Source of the DNA: Nitrospirales bacterium | GTDB lineage: Bacteria > Nitrospirota > Nitrospiria > Nitrospirales > UBA8639 | Direction of reading: 5' to 3' | Assembly: GCA_965223295.1 (NCBI GenBank) | Contig: CBDCWC010000003.1 | Location: 288,001-352,000 of the forward strand | Length of the DNA: 64,000 bases | Part shown: positions 9,374 to 18,978 of the stretch, piece by piece | Position numbering within the stretch: position 1 is the first letter of the stretch | Layout: every line of letters starts with the position of its first letter | Program-made: the position numbers and the translations under genes | Notes under the pieces: generated by a model | Databases searched by the model: none | The model's input: only the letters and a program-made list of their open reading frames with translations | What the model was told of the DNA's origin: nothing

Positions 9374-9500
9374 GAAATCCTCCTGGTGTAATGGTTTCTA
9401 GTTTCATTGAATTCTTGCATTTTCTACTCAATCTTCTTCGTGAACGACAGATGGAACATCTCCCTTTCATGGGGATGATGAACAAGCTGACATATTACCT

Positions 9501-9528
9501 TTGTCGGCATATCCAACTTGAAACTTAA
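9501..9528 (-). promoter_or_regulatory. Sigma28/FliA-like promoter upstream of Pal-like gene
   Basis: TTAAG-N15-GCCGACAA versus consensus TAAA-N15-GCCGATAA. Confidence 0.5.
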
Positions 9529-9760
9529 GGACTCCCTATAACCGCACCAAATACCCGGGGACGTCTCTCATCTAGAGGCAACCCCCAAAGCAAGGGAGGC
9601 TGTAGGCACATCTTCAGTCAGTCTACAGTAAAGACCCACTGCCTAGGGGAAAGGGAAAGCAGGATGGCAAATCTGCCTTAAATATTGAGATAACCTATCT
9701 GGCTCAACATGAAGTTGAGGAATCAAAGCTACAGAAAAGGAGCCCGTAAGTTCTTACTGG

Positions 9761-10777
9761 CTACGAAGAGGAGAGAGACGGAAGGACCACAGTCTGGTAC
9801 CATTTCCAAAAACGGGCAACCCCCTCAGGAACAGAAGTCTGAGGATCGTACTGCAAAAGCTTTCGCGTCTTCGAAATATCTGCAAAGGTATAAGCAATAT
9901 CGGCACTCATCATGGGAGTCGAAGTTAATTTAGCATTACCTCCAGCTAACTGTTCAATGCCTTTTACAAAATCAGATAACAGGACAGGCTCTCCCCTACC
10001 TAGATTTAAGATTTCATAACCCAGAGGATGATCGACCGCTGATATAAGCCCACTGACAATGTCCTCGACATACGTCCAATCCCGATGCATATTGCCGTTG
10101 TTATAAAGAGGAACCTCGCAACCCGTAAAAATGTTATCCAACACTTTGTAGGCCATCATATCCGGACGGCCGCGCGGGCCATAGACCGTAAAAAATCGAA
10201 AGACAGTAGCATTCAGCCCATAAAGATGGTGGTACGTATAACACAACATCTCGCTGGCTCGCTTACTCGCTGCGTAAGGTGCTAACGGCAGCGCACAGGT
10301 GTCTTCGGGAACAAAGGGCACTGTTTTTGTATTTCCATAGACAGAAGAAGTCGATGCAAAAACAAATGTCGGAAAAATTTTAGAATTGGAAGACCCAATT
10401 CTTCCAACTGCCGCATCAAGTAAAGCCAGCGTTCCCATGACATTCACATCATAATATAAGCCAGGATCATCAATGGACACCCGCACACCCGCCATGGCTG
10501 CTAAGTGCACAATCGCATCAAATTCATGGTCGGAAAAAAGATCGGCAACGAGTTGCCGATCGCGAATGTCTCCCTTTAGAAACTGAAAGGTCCCAGGCCA
10601 CTTATTCTCCAGTGCCTGCTCTGTCACTTCACGAAGGTTGGATTCCTTTCGGGATGGATCATAATAATCATTCAAATTATCAAGTCCAATGACCTGATCT
10701 CCTCGTTTCACGAGTTGTTCAACCGCATGACTCCCAATGAACCCAGCTGCCCCCGTCACTAGTATTTTTTTGCTCAC
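9761..10777 (-). CDS. NAD-dependent sugar epimerase (UDP-glucuronate 4-epimerase-like)
   Basis: ILVTGAAGFIG, HLAAMAGVR, ASTSSVYG, YAASK, RFFTVYGPRGRPDM; GTG start. Confidence 0.9.
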   Translation of the reverse strand: MSKKILVTGAAGFIGSHAVEQLVKRGDQVIGLDNLNDYYDPSRKESNLREVTEQALENKWPGTFQFLKGDIRDRQLVADLFSDHEFDAIVHLAAMAGVRVSIDDPGLYYDVNVMGTLALLDAAVGRIGSSNSKIFPTFVFASTSSVYGNTKTVPFVPEDTCALPLAPYAASKRASEMLCYTYHHLYGLNATVFRFFTVYGPRGRPDMMAYKVLDNIFTGCEVPLYNNGNMHRDWTYVEDIVSGLISAVDHPLGYEILNLGRGEPVLLSDFVKGIEQLAGGNAKLTSTPMMSADIAYTFADISKTRKLLQYDPQTSVPEGVARFWKWYQTVVLPSLSSS

Positions 10778-10844
10778 ATCACATCTCCCTACAAAATTTC
10801 GACAAACCTTTTGTTTTCATGAGAATTTTAACACCAAAGGCTTC

Positions 10845-10872
10845 ATTTCGGTAACTTTCTTGAAAAGCTTAA
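10845..10872 (-). promoter_or_regulatory. Sigma28-like motif upstream of epimerase
   Basis: TTAAG-N15-ACCGAAAT, same geometry as 9501-9528. Confidence 0.35.
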
Positions 10873-10948
10873 TCCTCGACAGCATGAAGACTTGCTGTCC
10901 CTCACCTATGTTGAGGGGCAATCGTTCCATTGTTACAATATCGACATC

Positions 10949-11251
10949 ATGAAAATTTCGGCCGCCAAAACCGTTGATATACCTGATACCCAAGAGACGA
11001 CGGATTTAGGAACCGGCAAGGATTTCGAAGCCGAAGTGGTCGTGTTCAACTGTGATTGTCATACCTACCAAGAAGTCATCACCTTATTTTGTCAAATTAT
11101 TCCAGGCATGACTCCCCCAAAAGCTTTTGAATTGGCATGGCAAATTGATCATCAAGGTAGTGCAATCGTCTTCCGTGGTGATATTAAGCAAGCCAATGAT
11201 ATTGGAAAGAAACTCGCAAGCGGGGGGTTACGTATTGAAGTCCGGCATTGA
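10949..11251 (+). CDS. clpS: ClpS-family adaptor protein, atypical pocket
   Basis: VVVFNCDCHTYQEV...IPGMT..KAFELAWQIDHQGSAIV aligns by eye with ClpS VI.LNDD...IPGM...A..L...VH.EG.AIV; ATG 10949. Confidence 0.75.
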   Translation: MKISAAKTVDIPDTQETTDLGTGKDFEAEVVVFNCDCHTYQEVITLFCQIIPGMTPPKAFELAWQIDHQGSAIVFRGDIKQANDIGKKLASGGLRIEVRH

Positions 11252-11281
11252 ATTCAAAATTTGAGATCTTGGAAACCGTAT

Positions 11282-11782
11282 TTATTTCTTTTTAGCAATG
11301 CGAGGTTTTTTAACAGCAACAATTTTTTTGGTTTGAGGTCTCGGCGAAACCGATTTTTTCTTAACTGGACTGCCTTTCTTTATTGATGCCTTTTTCGTGG
11401 AAGGCGGTTTCGTCGATTTTTGGGATACGATCGATTGGGACGTCTTCGTTTTTAACTTTAATTGTGACGACCTCTGGGCAGCAGCTTTTGGTTTTTTTGC
11501 TTTCCCTTTCGTGCCATTAGAATCCCCCAGAGGTAGCTTCCCAGCCTTTTCTTTACTCTTTGAGGCTTTAGAACCCGATTTTCCTGAACCATTAGAGGGC
11601 TTGGGATCAGGGAAGGAAGGCAGTTTTTTCTTTTTTAGAGCCTCCCCAGAAAAAACCTTCACTTGGTACAGTTCAAATAACAAATCAATAGATTTTTGAT
11701 CCCCTTTTCTTGCAAGAGTCAGAAGACGACGGCGCTGATTCATTTCCTCTTCTTCCGTATGGGAAGTTACTCGCCGTTCCAT
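11282..11782 (-). CDS. Hypothetical protein with Lys/Ser/Pro-rich basic tail
   Basis: Ordered ~45-aa N-terminus followed by very basic low-complexity tail. Confidence 0.65.
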   Translation of the reverse strand: MERRVTSHTEEEEMNQRRRLLTLARKGDQKSIDLLFELYQVKVFSGEALKKKKLPSFPDPKPSNGSGKSGSKASKSKEKAGKLPLGDSNGTKGKAKKPKAAAQRSSQLKLKTKTSQSIVSQKSTKPPSTKKASIKKGSPVKKKSVSPRPQTKKIVAVKKPRIAKKK

Positions 11783-11982
11783 ATATTCAAACCCTTTCTT
11801 TGGTTAAAAGGCCACCATTGAGGCAACGAAATAGGCGGGATACTATCATACATGATTACCTTCCCTATTGGCAATATTCCCTAATGAACTTTTCTAGCAC
11901 TTCACAACTAATTAATGGTCAGAAGGAAGAGAAGGTAGGGAACCGGGAATTATGGGAGAGGTGATACGGAAAAGCGACATGC

Positions 11983-12028
11983 AAAACGTGTCAGTCCTCT
12001 TTTCGTTACTCGAAGAGGACTGGCACGT
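11983..12028 (-). terminator. Hairpin terminator after TPR gene
   Basis: ACGTGTCAGTCCTCT/AGAGGACTGGCACGT stem, short T-run on minus strand. Confidence 0.6.
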
Positions 12029-12071
12029 CTAGACAAGATTGACGGATGAAATTATTGGCAGCACAGTGGGC

Positions 12072-14366
12072 TCATAATGTTTCAAGCGTTGATTTCGCTT
12101 CGTCGGATCCTGGAAATTTTGGACTGAGTTGGAAGGCCGCCTCCAAGGTTTTTTTAGCTTTCTCCTGGTCTCCATTTTTAAATTGGGCCATACCTAAATG
12201 ATACTGAACGACCGGATTTTCAGGTAACTTTTCTGCAGCCTCCTGCAACAGCGAAACAGCCTTTAAATAGGCATTCTTTTTATAATAGATCCATCCCAGC
12301 GTGTCAGCAATATGTGGATTGTCGGCTTGCTGCGCTCGCGCATTTTCAGCAAACGACAAGGCTTCATCTAAATTCCCGTCATTCTCAGACATGAGCCATG
12401 CAAGATTGTTTGCCGCTGGAGAAAACTTTGGTTCAATCTCTAACGTCTTTTTATAATGGGCCTGAGCCTTCTGGACTTCATTTTGTTGTTCCGCAATCAT
12501 CCCCAAAATCATATGTGCGGAAGCGGCCTTCGGATTTTTTTCTAAAAGTCGTTCATATTCTTGGACCGCTTCATCCGTTCGATTGGTTCGCCGATAGAGC
12601 TCAGCAAGATTCATATACGAGACCTGCAGTTGATCGTTAAGTTCTAACGATTTTTTGAACGCTTCTTCAGCCTTGTCTGCTTCATTCGCCTGCATCCAAA
12701 GCCCACCCAATAAATTATATAAAAATGGATTATCTGGCGAGAATTCAAGCTGTCGCTGCACACGGTCTCGAGCTTGAGCTGCCTCTCCGCGACTCACTCG
12801 TATGCTCGCAATTTGAGCAACAGCTTGGGCAAATTTCGGATTATGCTGTAAGGCCTCTTCAAAGTGAGCGAGAGCCGCATCGTATTGTTTATCCTGTCGA
12901 GCAATTAAACCCAATTGATAATGTGATGTTGGATCTTGTGGAATTTGCCTGACAATCGCTTCGTACACCTTTTTGGCCTGTGAAATATCTTTTTTCTTGA
13001 GATAGGCTTGACCTAATAAATGAACAGCTTGCACATCTCGAGGATTGAGCCGAATCGCTATCTGCGCTTCTTCAATAGCCAGCTTATAAGAACCCTCCGC
13101 CATATGGACTAAAGCCATAGCCTTACGGATTCCCCGATCTTGCGGAGCAAGTTTGACCGCTTCATTTAACTCTTGAATTGCCTGAGAGATATTCTGTTTT
13201 GTCGCAAATGCCACCCCTAAATATTGATGAGCCATCGCCTGGTTAGGCTCTTCTTTAATGACTTTTTGAAAAATAGGAATAGCCTCATCCGTCTGCCCTC
13301 TCCCTAACAACAAGCGGGCTTGGAAGACCTGGGGTAACGAATCATTCTGATCGGTTTTTAATGCCGCCGCGATTAACGGCTCAGCATCTTCCCATTGCCG
13401 ATTATCCAAGTGAAAATTGATCACGGCATTGCGAGCCGTTTTAGATTCTGGGTTAAGCGCAACGGCTTGTTGAAAATGTTCCAGCGCTTTAGCCCCTGCT
13501 CCCATAAATGTATAAAATTCCCCCAATAAAATTTGAGGTGTTTCATAAGCAGGCTTTCGATTGGCAAATTTCTGGTACACCTCTTCAGCTTTTTTCCACT
13601 GTTGACTTGCCACATAATATTTGCCTAATTTTGTATAGTAACGATCATTGTCGGGGTCTAACTCTAAGGCTCCCTGAAATTGTGCTTCTGCCTCATCCTG
13701 TTTGCCTTGTAGGAGCAGCAAATCACCCTTGGCTAATATGAGCACCGTTGAGGTTTTATTTCGTTCGAGTCCTTGCTCCAAGCTCGCTTCAGCCTCTTCT
13801 GGTTTTTTCATCGCTAGATAGGCTCGCGCCAAATCAAGATAGATCTGTTCATTATCGGGATCCAACTCTAGCGATTTTTTCAATTCGGCTATACCGGCCT
13901 CAAATTCTTTCTCCACGATCAAACTACGACCACGAAGCAAATGTCCTTTAGGATCTTGAGGGGAAGACGCTAAAACAATATCGGCTCGCTCTTTGGCTTT
14001 TTTAGGTTTCTGGGACAGCAAATAAAACTCTCCCAATTTTAATTGGGCATCGTGAATGGTCGGATCAATCTCCACAGCCTTCGTCAGTTCTCCAAAGGCC
14101 GCCCGTAAGTCCGGCATCCCTCCGAGCTTCAAATGGATAAGGGCTAGTTGATGATAGGCATTGGCATCACTGGGATCTAATTGGATAATATTCTTAAATT
14201 CGATAAGAGCTTCTTGATACTTTTCCTCGGTAAAATAGGCCATGCCTCGCTCATAATGCTTGGCCTTCTTTTCCTCCGCAGACAATTGTGTGCAATTCCC
14301 CAAACTCACCAACAGCAATGGTAAGGCCAAGGAAAGAAACAATCCGGTCAACCGTATCCGTGGCAT
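12072..14366 (-). CDS. Long TPR-repeat exported (lipo)protein, PrsT/EPS-locus-like
   Basis: Signal with Cys (SLGNC), continuous TPR repeats, C-terminal ANNLAW...ADTLGWIYY..YHLGMA; ATG 14366 with GGGAG RBS. Confidence 0.85.
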   Translation of the reverse strand: MPRIRLTGLFLSLALPLLLVSLGNCTQLSAEEKKAKHYERGMAYFTEEKYQEALIEFKNIIQLDPSDANAYHQLALIHLKLGGMPDLRAAFGELTKAVEIDPTIHDAQLKLGEFYLLSQKPKKAKERADIVLASSPQDPKGHLLRGRSLIVEKEFEAGIAELKKSLELDPDNEQIYLDLARAYLAMKKPEEAEASLEQGLERNKTSTVLILAKGDLLLLQGKQDEAEAQFQGALELDPDNDRYYTKLGKYYVASQQWKKAEEVYQKFANRKPAYETPQILLGEFYTFMGAGAKALEHFQQAVALNPESKTARNAVINFHLDNRQWEDAEPLIAAALKTDQNDSLPQVFQARLLLGRGQTDEAIPIFQKVIKEEPNQAMAHQYLGVAFATKQNISQAIQELNEAVKLAPQDRGIRKAMALVHMAEGSYKLAIEEAQIAIRLNPRDVQAVHLLGQAYLKKKDISQAKKVYEAIVRQIPQDPTSHYQLGLIARQDKQYDAALAHFEEALQHNPKFAQAVAQIASIRVSRGEAAQARDRVQRQLEFSPDNPFLYNLLGGLWMQANEADKAEEAFKKSLELNDQLQVSYMNLAELYRRTNRTDEAVQEYERLLEKNPKAASAHMILGMIAEQQNEVQKAQAHYKKTLEIEPKFSPAANNLAWLMSENDGNLDEALSFAENARAQQADNPHIADTLGWIYYKKNAYLKAVSLLQEAAEKLPENPVVQYHLGMAQFKNGDQEKAKKTLEAAFQLSPKFPGSDEAKSTLETL

Positions 14367-14682
14367 ATATCTACTCCCTTCCCTGAATAAAACATTTTTC
14401 ACGACATGAAAAATCTGACTTCGGAAAATCCCACAAGTTTCCTTAGGTATTTTTTTATTTTGACAGACTCGTTCTCTTAAGACCAGAGTTCTTCTCTTCA
14501 TCAAGAGTGGAATTTTTCAGAAAGGCCCTCAATCGACCCTAGATATCAATAATTCTTGAAGTGGTCAATTGACAGCTCGAAGAATCCATCATTATAGTCT
14601 TTTGACATTTTTCTTGCATACCATTCAAAGCTTTGACCCTACTTCGTTTAATCGTTTAACGGCTCACCAAAAGGTACTCCTC

Positions 14683-15504
14683 ATGACACAAGACACGACC
14701 CCCTATTCACTTGATCAGATCGGCTATACACTCGTCAGATTCAATAGCACAGGAATCTTTGAAACTCACAAAGATCATATGGTCGATCCCTACGCCGCCA
14801 CGCGAATGCCAAAAGGTCCTCAGGTAGAAGGCATTCAATATGCTCCACAAGGCACCACCACACTCCTCCCAGTCTTGGTGGTCCTGCATGATCAATGGGG
14901 CTCAACCTCAACCATTCACGAATTAGCCAAAGGCTTGTCATGCCATGGATATGTGGTCATGATTCCTAACCTTTATGGACGCCAGGGTGGAATGGTCACA
15001 GCGAATACAGAGGTAGCTGAAGCTTTGATGGAACGCCTCAATGAGGAACATGCACTCCAGGACATCCATGCTTGTTTTGAATATCTCAATTCCAATTTGG
15101 CTGAAGACACGTCGCTGGACCGAACAGTACCTAATGCTCATGCGGTCATAGGATTTGGTATGGGTGGGACCTTGGCGATTCAAACAGCAACTCACCGACG
15201 CCGGCTCCAAGCCGCGGTGGCAATTGGAGGTTCACTTCCCGGCGATCCGGAAAAAGTGGCACAGGGTCTATACTGTCCCTTGATGATGCACCAACCTGGA
15301 CAAGATTCACAAGCATCTTCTGATGAACTTGATCAATTTTGTCAATGGGCCAAAAACGCCGAAAAAACCGTTGAAGTTCAGACGTACAATGAAGCCTCTC
15401 CTGGGTTCTGGTATCCAAACTCACCAAATTACCGGGCTTCTGATCTAGAAAATGCCTTACAGAAGTCAGTGGATTTTATCAGCCGTTTTCTCAAAAAATC
15501 CTGA
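14683..15504 (+). CDS. Dienelactone hydrolase-family protein lacking catalytic residues
   Basis: VVLHDQWG, GYVVMIPNLY, IGFGMGG (canonical GFCxGG), PGF (canonical HGF). Confidence 0.75.
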   Translation: MTQDTTPYSLDQIGYTLVRFNSTGIFETHKDHMVDPYAATRMPKGPQVEGIQYAPQGTTTLLPVLVVLHDQWGSTSTIHELAKGLSCHGYVVMIPNLYGRQGGMVTANTEVAEALMERLNEEHALQDIHACFEYLNSNLAEDTSLDRTVPNAHAVIGFGMGGTLAIQTATHRRRLQAAVAIGGSLPGDPEKVAQGLYCPLMMHQPGQDSQASSDELDQFCQWAKNAEKTVEVQTYNEASPGFWYPNSPNYRASDLENALQKSVDFISRFLKKS

Positions 15505-16738
15505 ACCACGTTTTTGGATAAGACCACCACCAATCATCACGCATAGGCTTTCCCCATTGAAAAAACTTCATACGGAAAGTGGCATTTCCCTTAACAAACT
15601 CTGGAAGTGGTCAGCTGTCATATTTTTGCTCCTCAGCCTTTTCAATTTATGGCCAGTCGCAATAGTCGAAGCCCATAACAACAGCTTTGAACACCCAAGA
15701 CAGCTTCTTCAGGTACACCGGCAGAACATTCTGCATCTATCTTCTGATGAGGAAGCCTTGAAATTCCATAAACAATTCATGCCCCCTCAACTAAAACTTC
15801 AGCAATCTGTTCCTACGCACCAATCATCCAGAGACAAGCTACTTCCACATCATATCCCACAAGGCATTCAAACAGCTATCACAACATTTTGGGCCGCACT
15901 TGCCGGGATAGGTTATACCCAGGAATTTCGGACAACACTACTATCTTTTTCATACACAGAACTTCCTGTCATGCCAGATGAATCCCAACTGCAGTGGTTC
16001 ATTTCAAAGCCTGGACTAGAAAAATTTCAAGATCTGATGAATTTTCAAAAGACCTTGTCGAGTTGGGCTAACCGAAAGCCATTAACTATTCCTCTAGGAG
16101 ACAATAATTTTTTAAAATTTTCTAGCTTCCTTGATCGAGCTACTTCAACTGATCATAACCAAACTTGGATAACCCTCTTCAAGAACGAAGGGTTCAAAGG
16201 GATTCAAAATCGACTACAAGAATATTGGAAAGACATTGATCCTCAATCTGAGCCACAGCTTGTTTCGGAGGCTTTTCAAGAATCCTATTTTCAGCATTAT
16301 ATAGAAACCAGGTTGCTTGCCATGTTTCACGCACACGTTCTGGCTCAGACAATAGCAGTCGAAACTCATACCTACGACGTCGCCTGGAAATCATGGGAGC
16401 ACATCCAACAATGGCAGCAACAAGAACAGTCTAAGCAAACTCTAGGGCGATTGTGCGGCACATGGAAATGGATTATTCACAATCATCAAAACCATGGGGA
16501 CTATAAGACTACCATGACATTCACTTCACCAGAGGAATCTTCTCCGCCACAGGTTCAACCTTCCGTTGTTCACATTCATGGAGATACGGTCTACCTCAAA
16601 TGGACCTTTCCACAAGGCTTTCAAGAGGATAGTCTACTATTCAGCAACCGAGACGCACGACTAGAAGGAACATTTACCAGTTCCCAAGGACCGTACGGTA
16701 GCATCTCTGCTCAACGACTTTCGTCTTGTAATCAATAA
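15452..16738 (+). CDS. Hypothetical exported protein
   Basis: Long ORF, signal-like segment ending VEA, C-terminal domain LCGTWKWIIHNHQNHGD; true start probably downstream of 15504. Confidence 0.6.
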   Translation: MPYRSQWILSAVFSKNPEPRFWIRPPPIITHRLSPLKKLHTESGISLNKLWKWSAVIFLLLSLFNLWPVAIVEAHNNSFEHPRQLLQVHRQNILHLSSDEEALKFHKQFMPPQLKLQQSVPTHQSSRDKLLPHHIPQGIQTAITTFWAALAGIGYTQEFRTTLLSFSYTELPVMPDESQLQWFISKPGLEKFQDLMNFQKTLSSWANRKPLTIPLGDNNFLKFSSFLDRATSTDHNQTWITLFKNEGFKGIQNRLQEYWKDIDPQSEPQLVSEAFQESYFQHYIETRLLAMFHAHVLAQTIAVETHTYDVAWKSWEHIQQWQQQEQSKQTLGRLCGTWKWIIHNHQNHGDYKTTMTFTSPEESSPPQVQPSVVHIHGDTVYLKWTFPQGFQEDSLLFSNRDARLEGTFTSSQGPYGSISAQRLSSCNQ

Positions 16739-16803
16739 CTCCAAGGAAGAACCCTGAGAGAGGCCACCAGGAATGAAAAGAGTTCTGGCGAAAGGATCAG
16801 GAG

Positions 16804-16984
16804 GGGAGTGTTGAATCATGAAGATAGCAAAGGCCATGTTTCGCCAGGAAGCCCTTGGCGATCAACATGTTCAAAAAAGTCCGTCCACCAAGGCACAGCC
16901 CTTTTTTACGCGCGGAGCGTCCTGGCACTACGTGAGCATGGGAAAATGGCGAGAACGCCGCTGGAGGCTTTTTCCAACAGACCC
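16804..16984 (+). mobile_element. MITE family A copy 1 (181 bp)
   Basis: Ends GGGAGTGTTGAA / TCCAACAGACCC; AGGAG direct repeat on both flanks. Confidence 0.85.
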
Positions 16985-17036
16985 AGGAGAGAAATTCTGA
17001 AGAAAGGATGAATCAATAGAGAAAAGAGTAAATAAA

Positions 17037-17218
17037 GGGCACCCCTAAAAACCAGGATTTTTGTGTGAGGGCAAGGAAGTCACGCCCGGAAAACCGCAGT
17101 GTATGGGCAAATACATGAAGGCGCACGGTGCGAAGAGTACCACGTTTGTGCGCGCCGAAGGCTGTGAGCACGTGGCTGACGCCGCTATCGGGAAAAAGGA
17201 CGGTTTTTAGAGGTGTCC
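17037..17218 (+). mobile_element. MITE family B copy 1 (182 bp, with ~41-bp internal insert)
   Basis: TIR GGGCACCCCTAAAAAC / GTTTTTAGAGGTGTCC; homologous to 47868-48008; flanks TAAA/TAGA. Confidence 0.8.
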
Positions 17219-17227
17219 TAGAAGGAT

Positions 17228-18070
17228 TCAAGGAAAATCATGATCTGACGATAACACCACATCGCTAGACACTGTTACTTTCTCTAATTCTTCTGTGACT
17301 TCAATCATCCGTTCATCTTGGCTATTCAAAGAAGGAATAGTCTGACGTTCAATATACTTGATAAGACCGACGCCACGTGCAAACCAGACGGTCATCGTAT
17401 CGCTTCCCTGAATCGTTTTTCCACTTTCGGATAAATGCACCTGCATGGTCATTTTGGCTTCTAAACGAAGCGCCTCTGGGTATGTTTCAACAGGAACGCG
17501 TAAGGTCTCCTGTCCTAGCACAGAAGAAACCGCCACGATATCCACTGTTTCAGATTCACCGTCTCGATCAATATCCATACCAAGTTCTAGCCCCCGACGG
17601 TTAAACTGTTCAAACGAACTAGGAACTTCCAAGGGAAATCTGACGATTTGATAAGGGACCAACTGTCGCTCTAAAGTTGTGCCAGGCTTAGATCCATAAT
17701 AGCGGATACCCGCCGCATCACGACGATAGTAACTATCTGATGGTCCTTGATTGCCAGGATTCGTATCATTGAAGACGGTGACTTTAAGACCATCAATGGT
17801 CTTTTCCCCAATCACTTTTGAGACATTCGTAAACTGCGTATTTTTCTCGGCAATCTGGACCATACCACCCTCAATTATGGTGCCACGATACACCCATTCA
17901 TTTCCCACTTGATCAGGAAAATATTCGTGAACGTCGTCAACCTGAAAAGGAGATGAACCAGCAGCATGCGCCTGAACAGACAAGGTCAAGCACAAGAATC
18001 CCAGAAGATACATTCGATACATATGTTGTTGAAAACGCAGAGATAGGAAGGAACACATCATAAGCAACAA
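17228..18070 (-). CDS. Hypothetical secreted beta-rich protein
   Basis: Signal peptide ending AHA; EYFP...GNEWVY and WFARGVGLIK motifs; start uncertain. Confidence 0.65.
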   Translation of the reverse strand: MLLMMCSFLSLRFQQHMYRMYLLGFLCLTLSVQAHAAGSSPFQVDDVHEYFPDQVGNEWVYRGTIIEGGMVQIAEKNTQFTNVSKVIGEKTIDGLKVTVFNDTNPGNQGPSDSYYRRDAAGIRYYGSKPGTTLERQLVPYQIVRFPLEVPSSFEQFNRRGLELGMDIDRDGESETVDIVAVSSVLGQETLRVPVETYPEALRLEAKMTMQVHLSESGKTIQGSDTMTVWFARGVGLIKYIERQTIPSLNSQDERMIEVTEELEKVTVSSDVVLSSDHDFP

Positions 18071-18179
18071 TGTATTATAAACTTATCACAGCATATTCAT
18101 TTCCAGCAAGAAAATATATGACCGAAAACTTACCTTAAGCCTTGTTGCAACAATTCACCATGACAGAAAATCGTCAACG

Positions 18180-18935
18180 ATGAACAACTTATCTGAGGCG
18201 AAGACCAAAAGCTCTGTACCCTTATCAATAACCGTGTTTGGAGGGTCTGGAGTTATCGGTCGTGCAATTGCAACAGAATTTGGACGACGGAACTGGTCGG
18301 TAGGAGTGCACTATCATTACAACCAGGCCACGGCATGGAAAACGGCTGTTGACATTCAAAATTCTAAAGGACATGCCCGTCTTTACCAAGCTGATGTGAA
18401 TGATCCACTGCAAATCCGAACATTCTTTCAATCCTTTTTACATGATTGTGGGGGGCTCAAAATTCTAGTATGGGCTGTTGGAGTTGCACCCTCAAAACTC
18501 CTTCTCAAAACTAGTCCTGAAGATTGGGCGCTATGTCTACACACCAATCTTACTGGAGCCTTTCATGTCCTAAGAGAGGCGGGGCCGATTTTTAAACAAC
18601 AACAAGAAGGTGCAGTGATTTTAGTCGGATCTCTTTCCGGAGAACAAGGCATGGCAGGGCAGGCTGCCTACGCCGCATCAAAAGCCGGATTAATCGGATT
18701 AATGCGTACAACTGCAAAAGAATGGGCTCCCTGGAATATTCGGGTAAATGCCATTTTCCCAGGTTGGCATTCATCACGCTTATCAGCATCAGGAAAAGAC
18801 GTATCCTTTACCCAGCAGACGCATATTCTTCAACGAAGATCTTCACTGAATTCCGTCGCAGAAAGTGTTTATCATTTAGCATTGGCCCAAGGCGTTTCTG
18901 GCCAGATATGGAATCTCGATAGTCGCATCTGGTAG
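18180..18935 (+). CDS. SDR oxidoreductase, FabG-like
   Basis: GGSGVIG, YAASKAG, NIRVNAIFPG; directly upstream of bioD. Confidence 0.85.
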   Translation: MNNLSEAKTKSSVPLSITVFGGSGVIGRAIATEFGRRNWSVGVHYHYNQATAWKTAVDIQNSKGHARLYQADVNDPLQIRTFFQSFLHDCGGLKILVWAVGVAPSKLLLKTSPEDWALCLHTNLTGAFHVLREAGPIFKQQQEGAVILVGSLSGEQGMAGQAAYAASKAGLIGLMRTTAKEWAPWNIRVNAIFPGWHSSRLSASGKDVSFTQQTHILQRRSSLNSVAESVYHLALAQGVSGQIWNLDSRIW

Positions 18936-18978
18936 TTCTTTATATTCGGTGTACATTGCCAGATTGTACCTTCTGAAA

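Noticed and set aside
9540-9760. Possible c-di-GMP riboswitch upstream of the Pal-like gene
   Set aside because: Could not match the GEMM consensus or a convincing structure by eye
16808-17231. Short ORFs 16808-17011, 16818-17000, 17013-17231 and look-alikes at 47540-47788, 47554-47757
   Set aside because: They are translations of MITE sequence in different frames, not conserved protein genes
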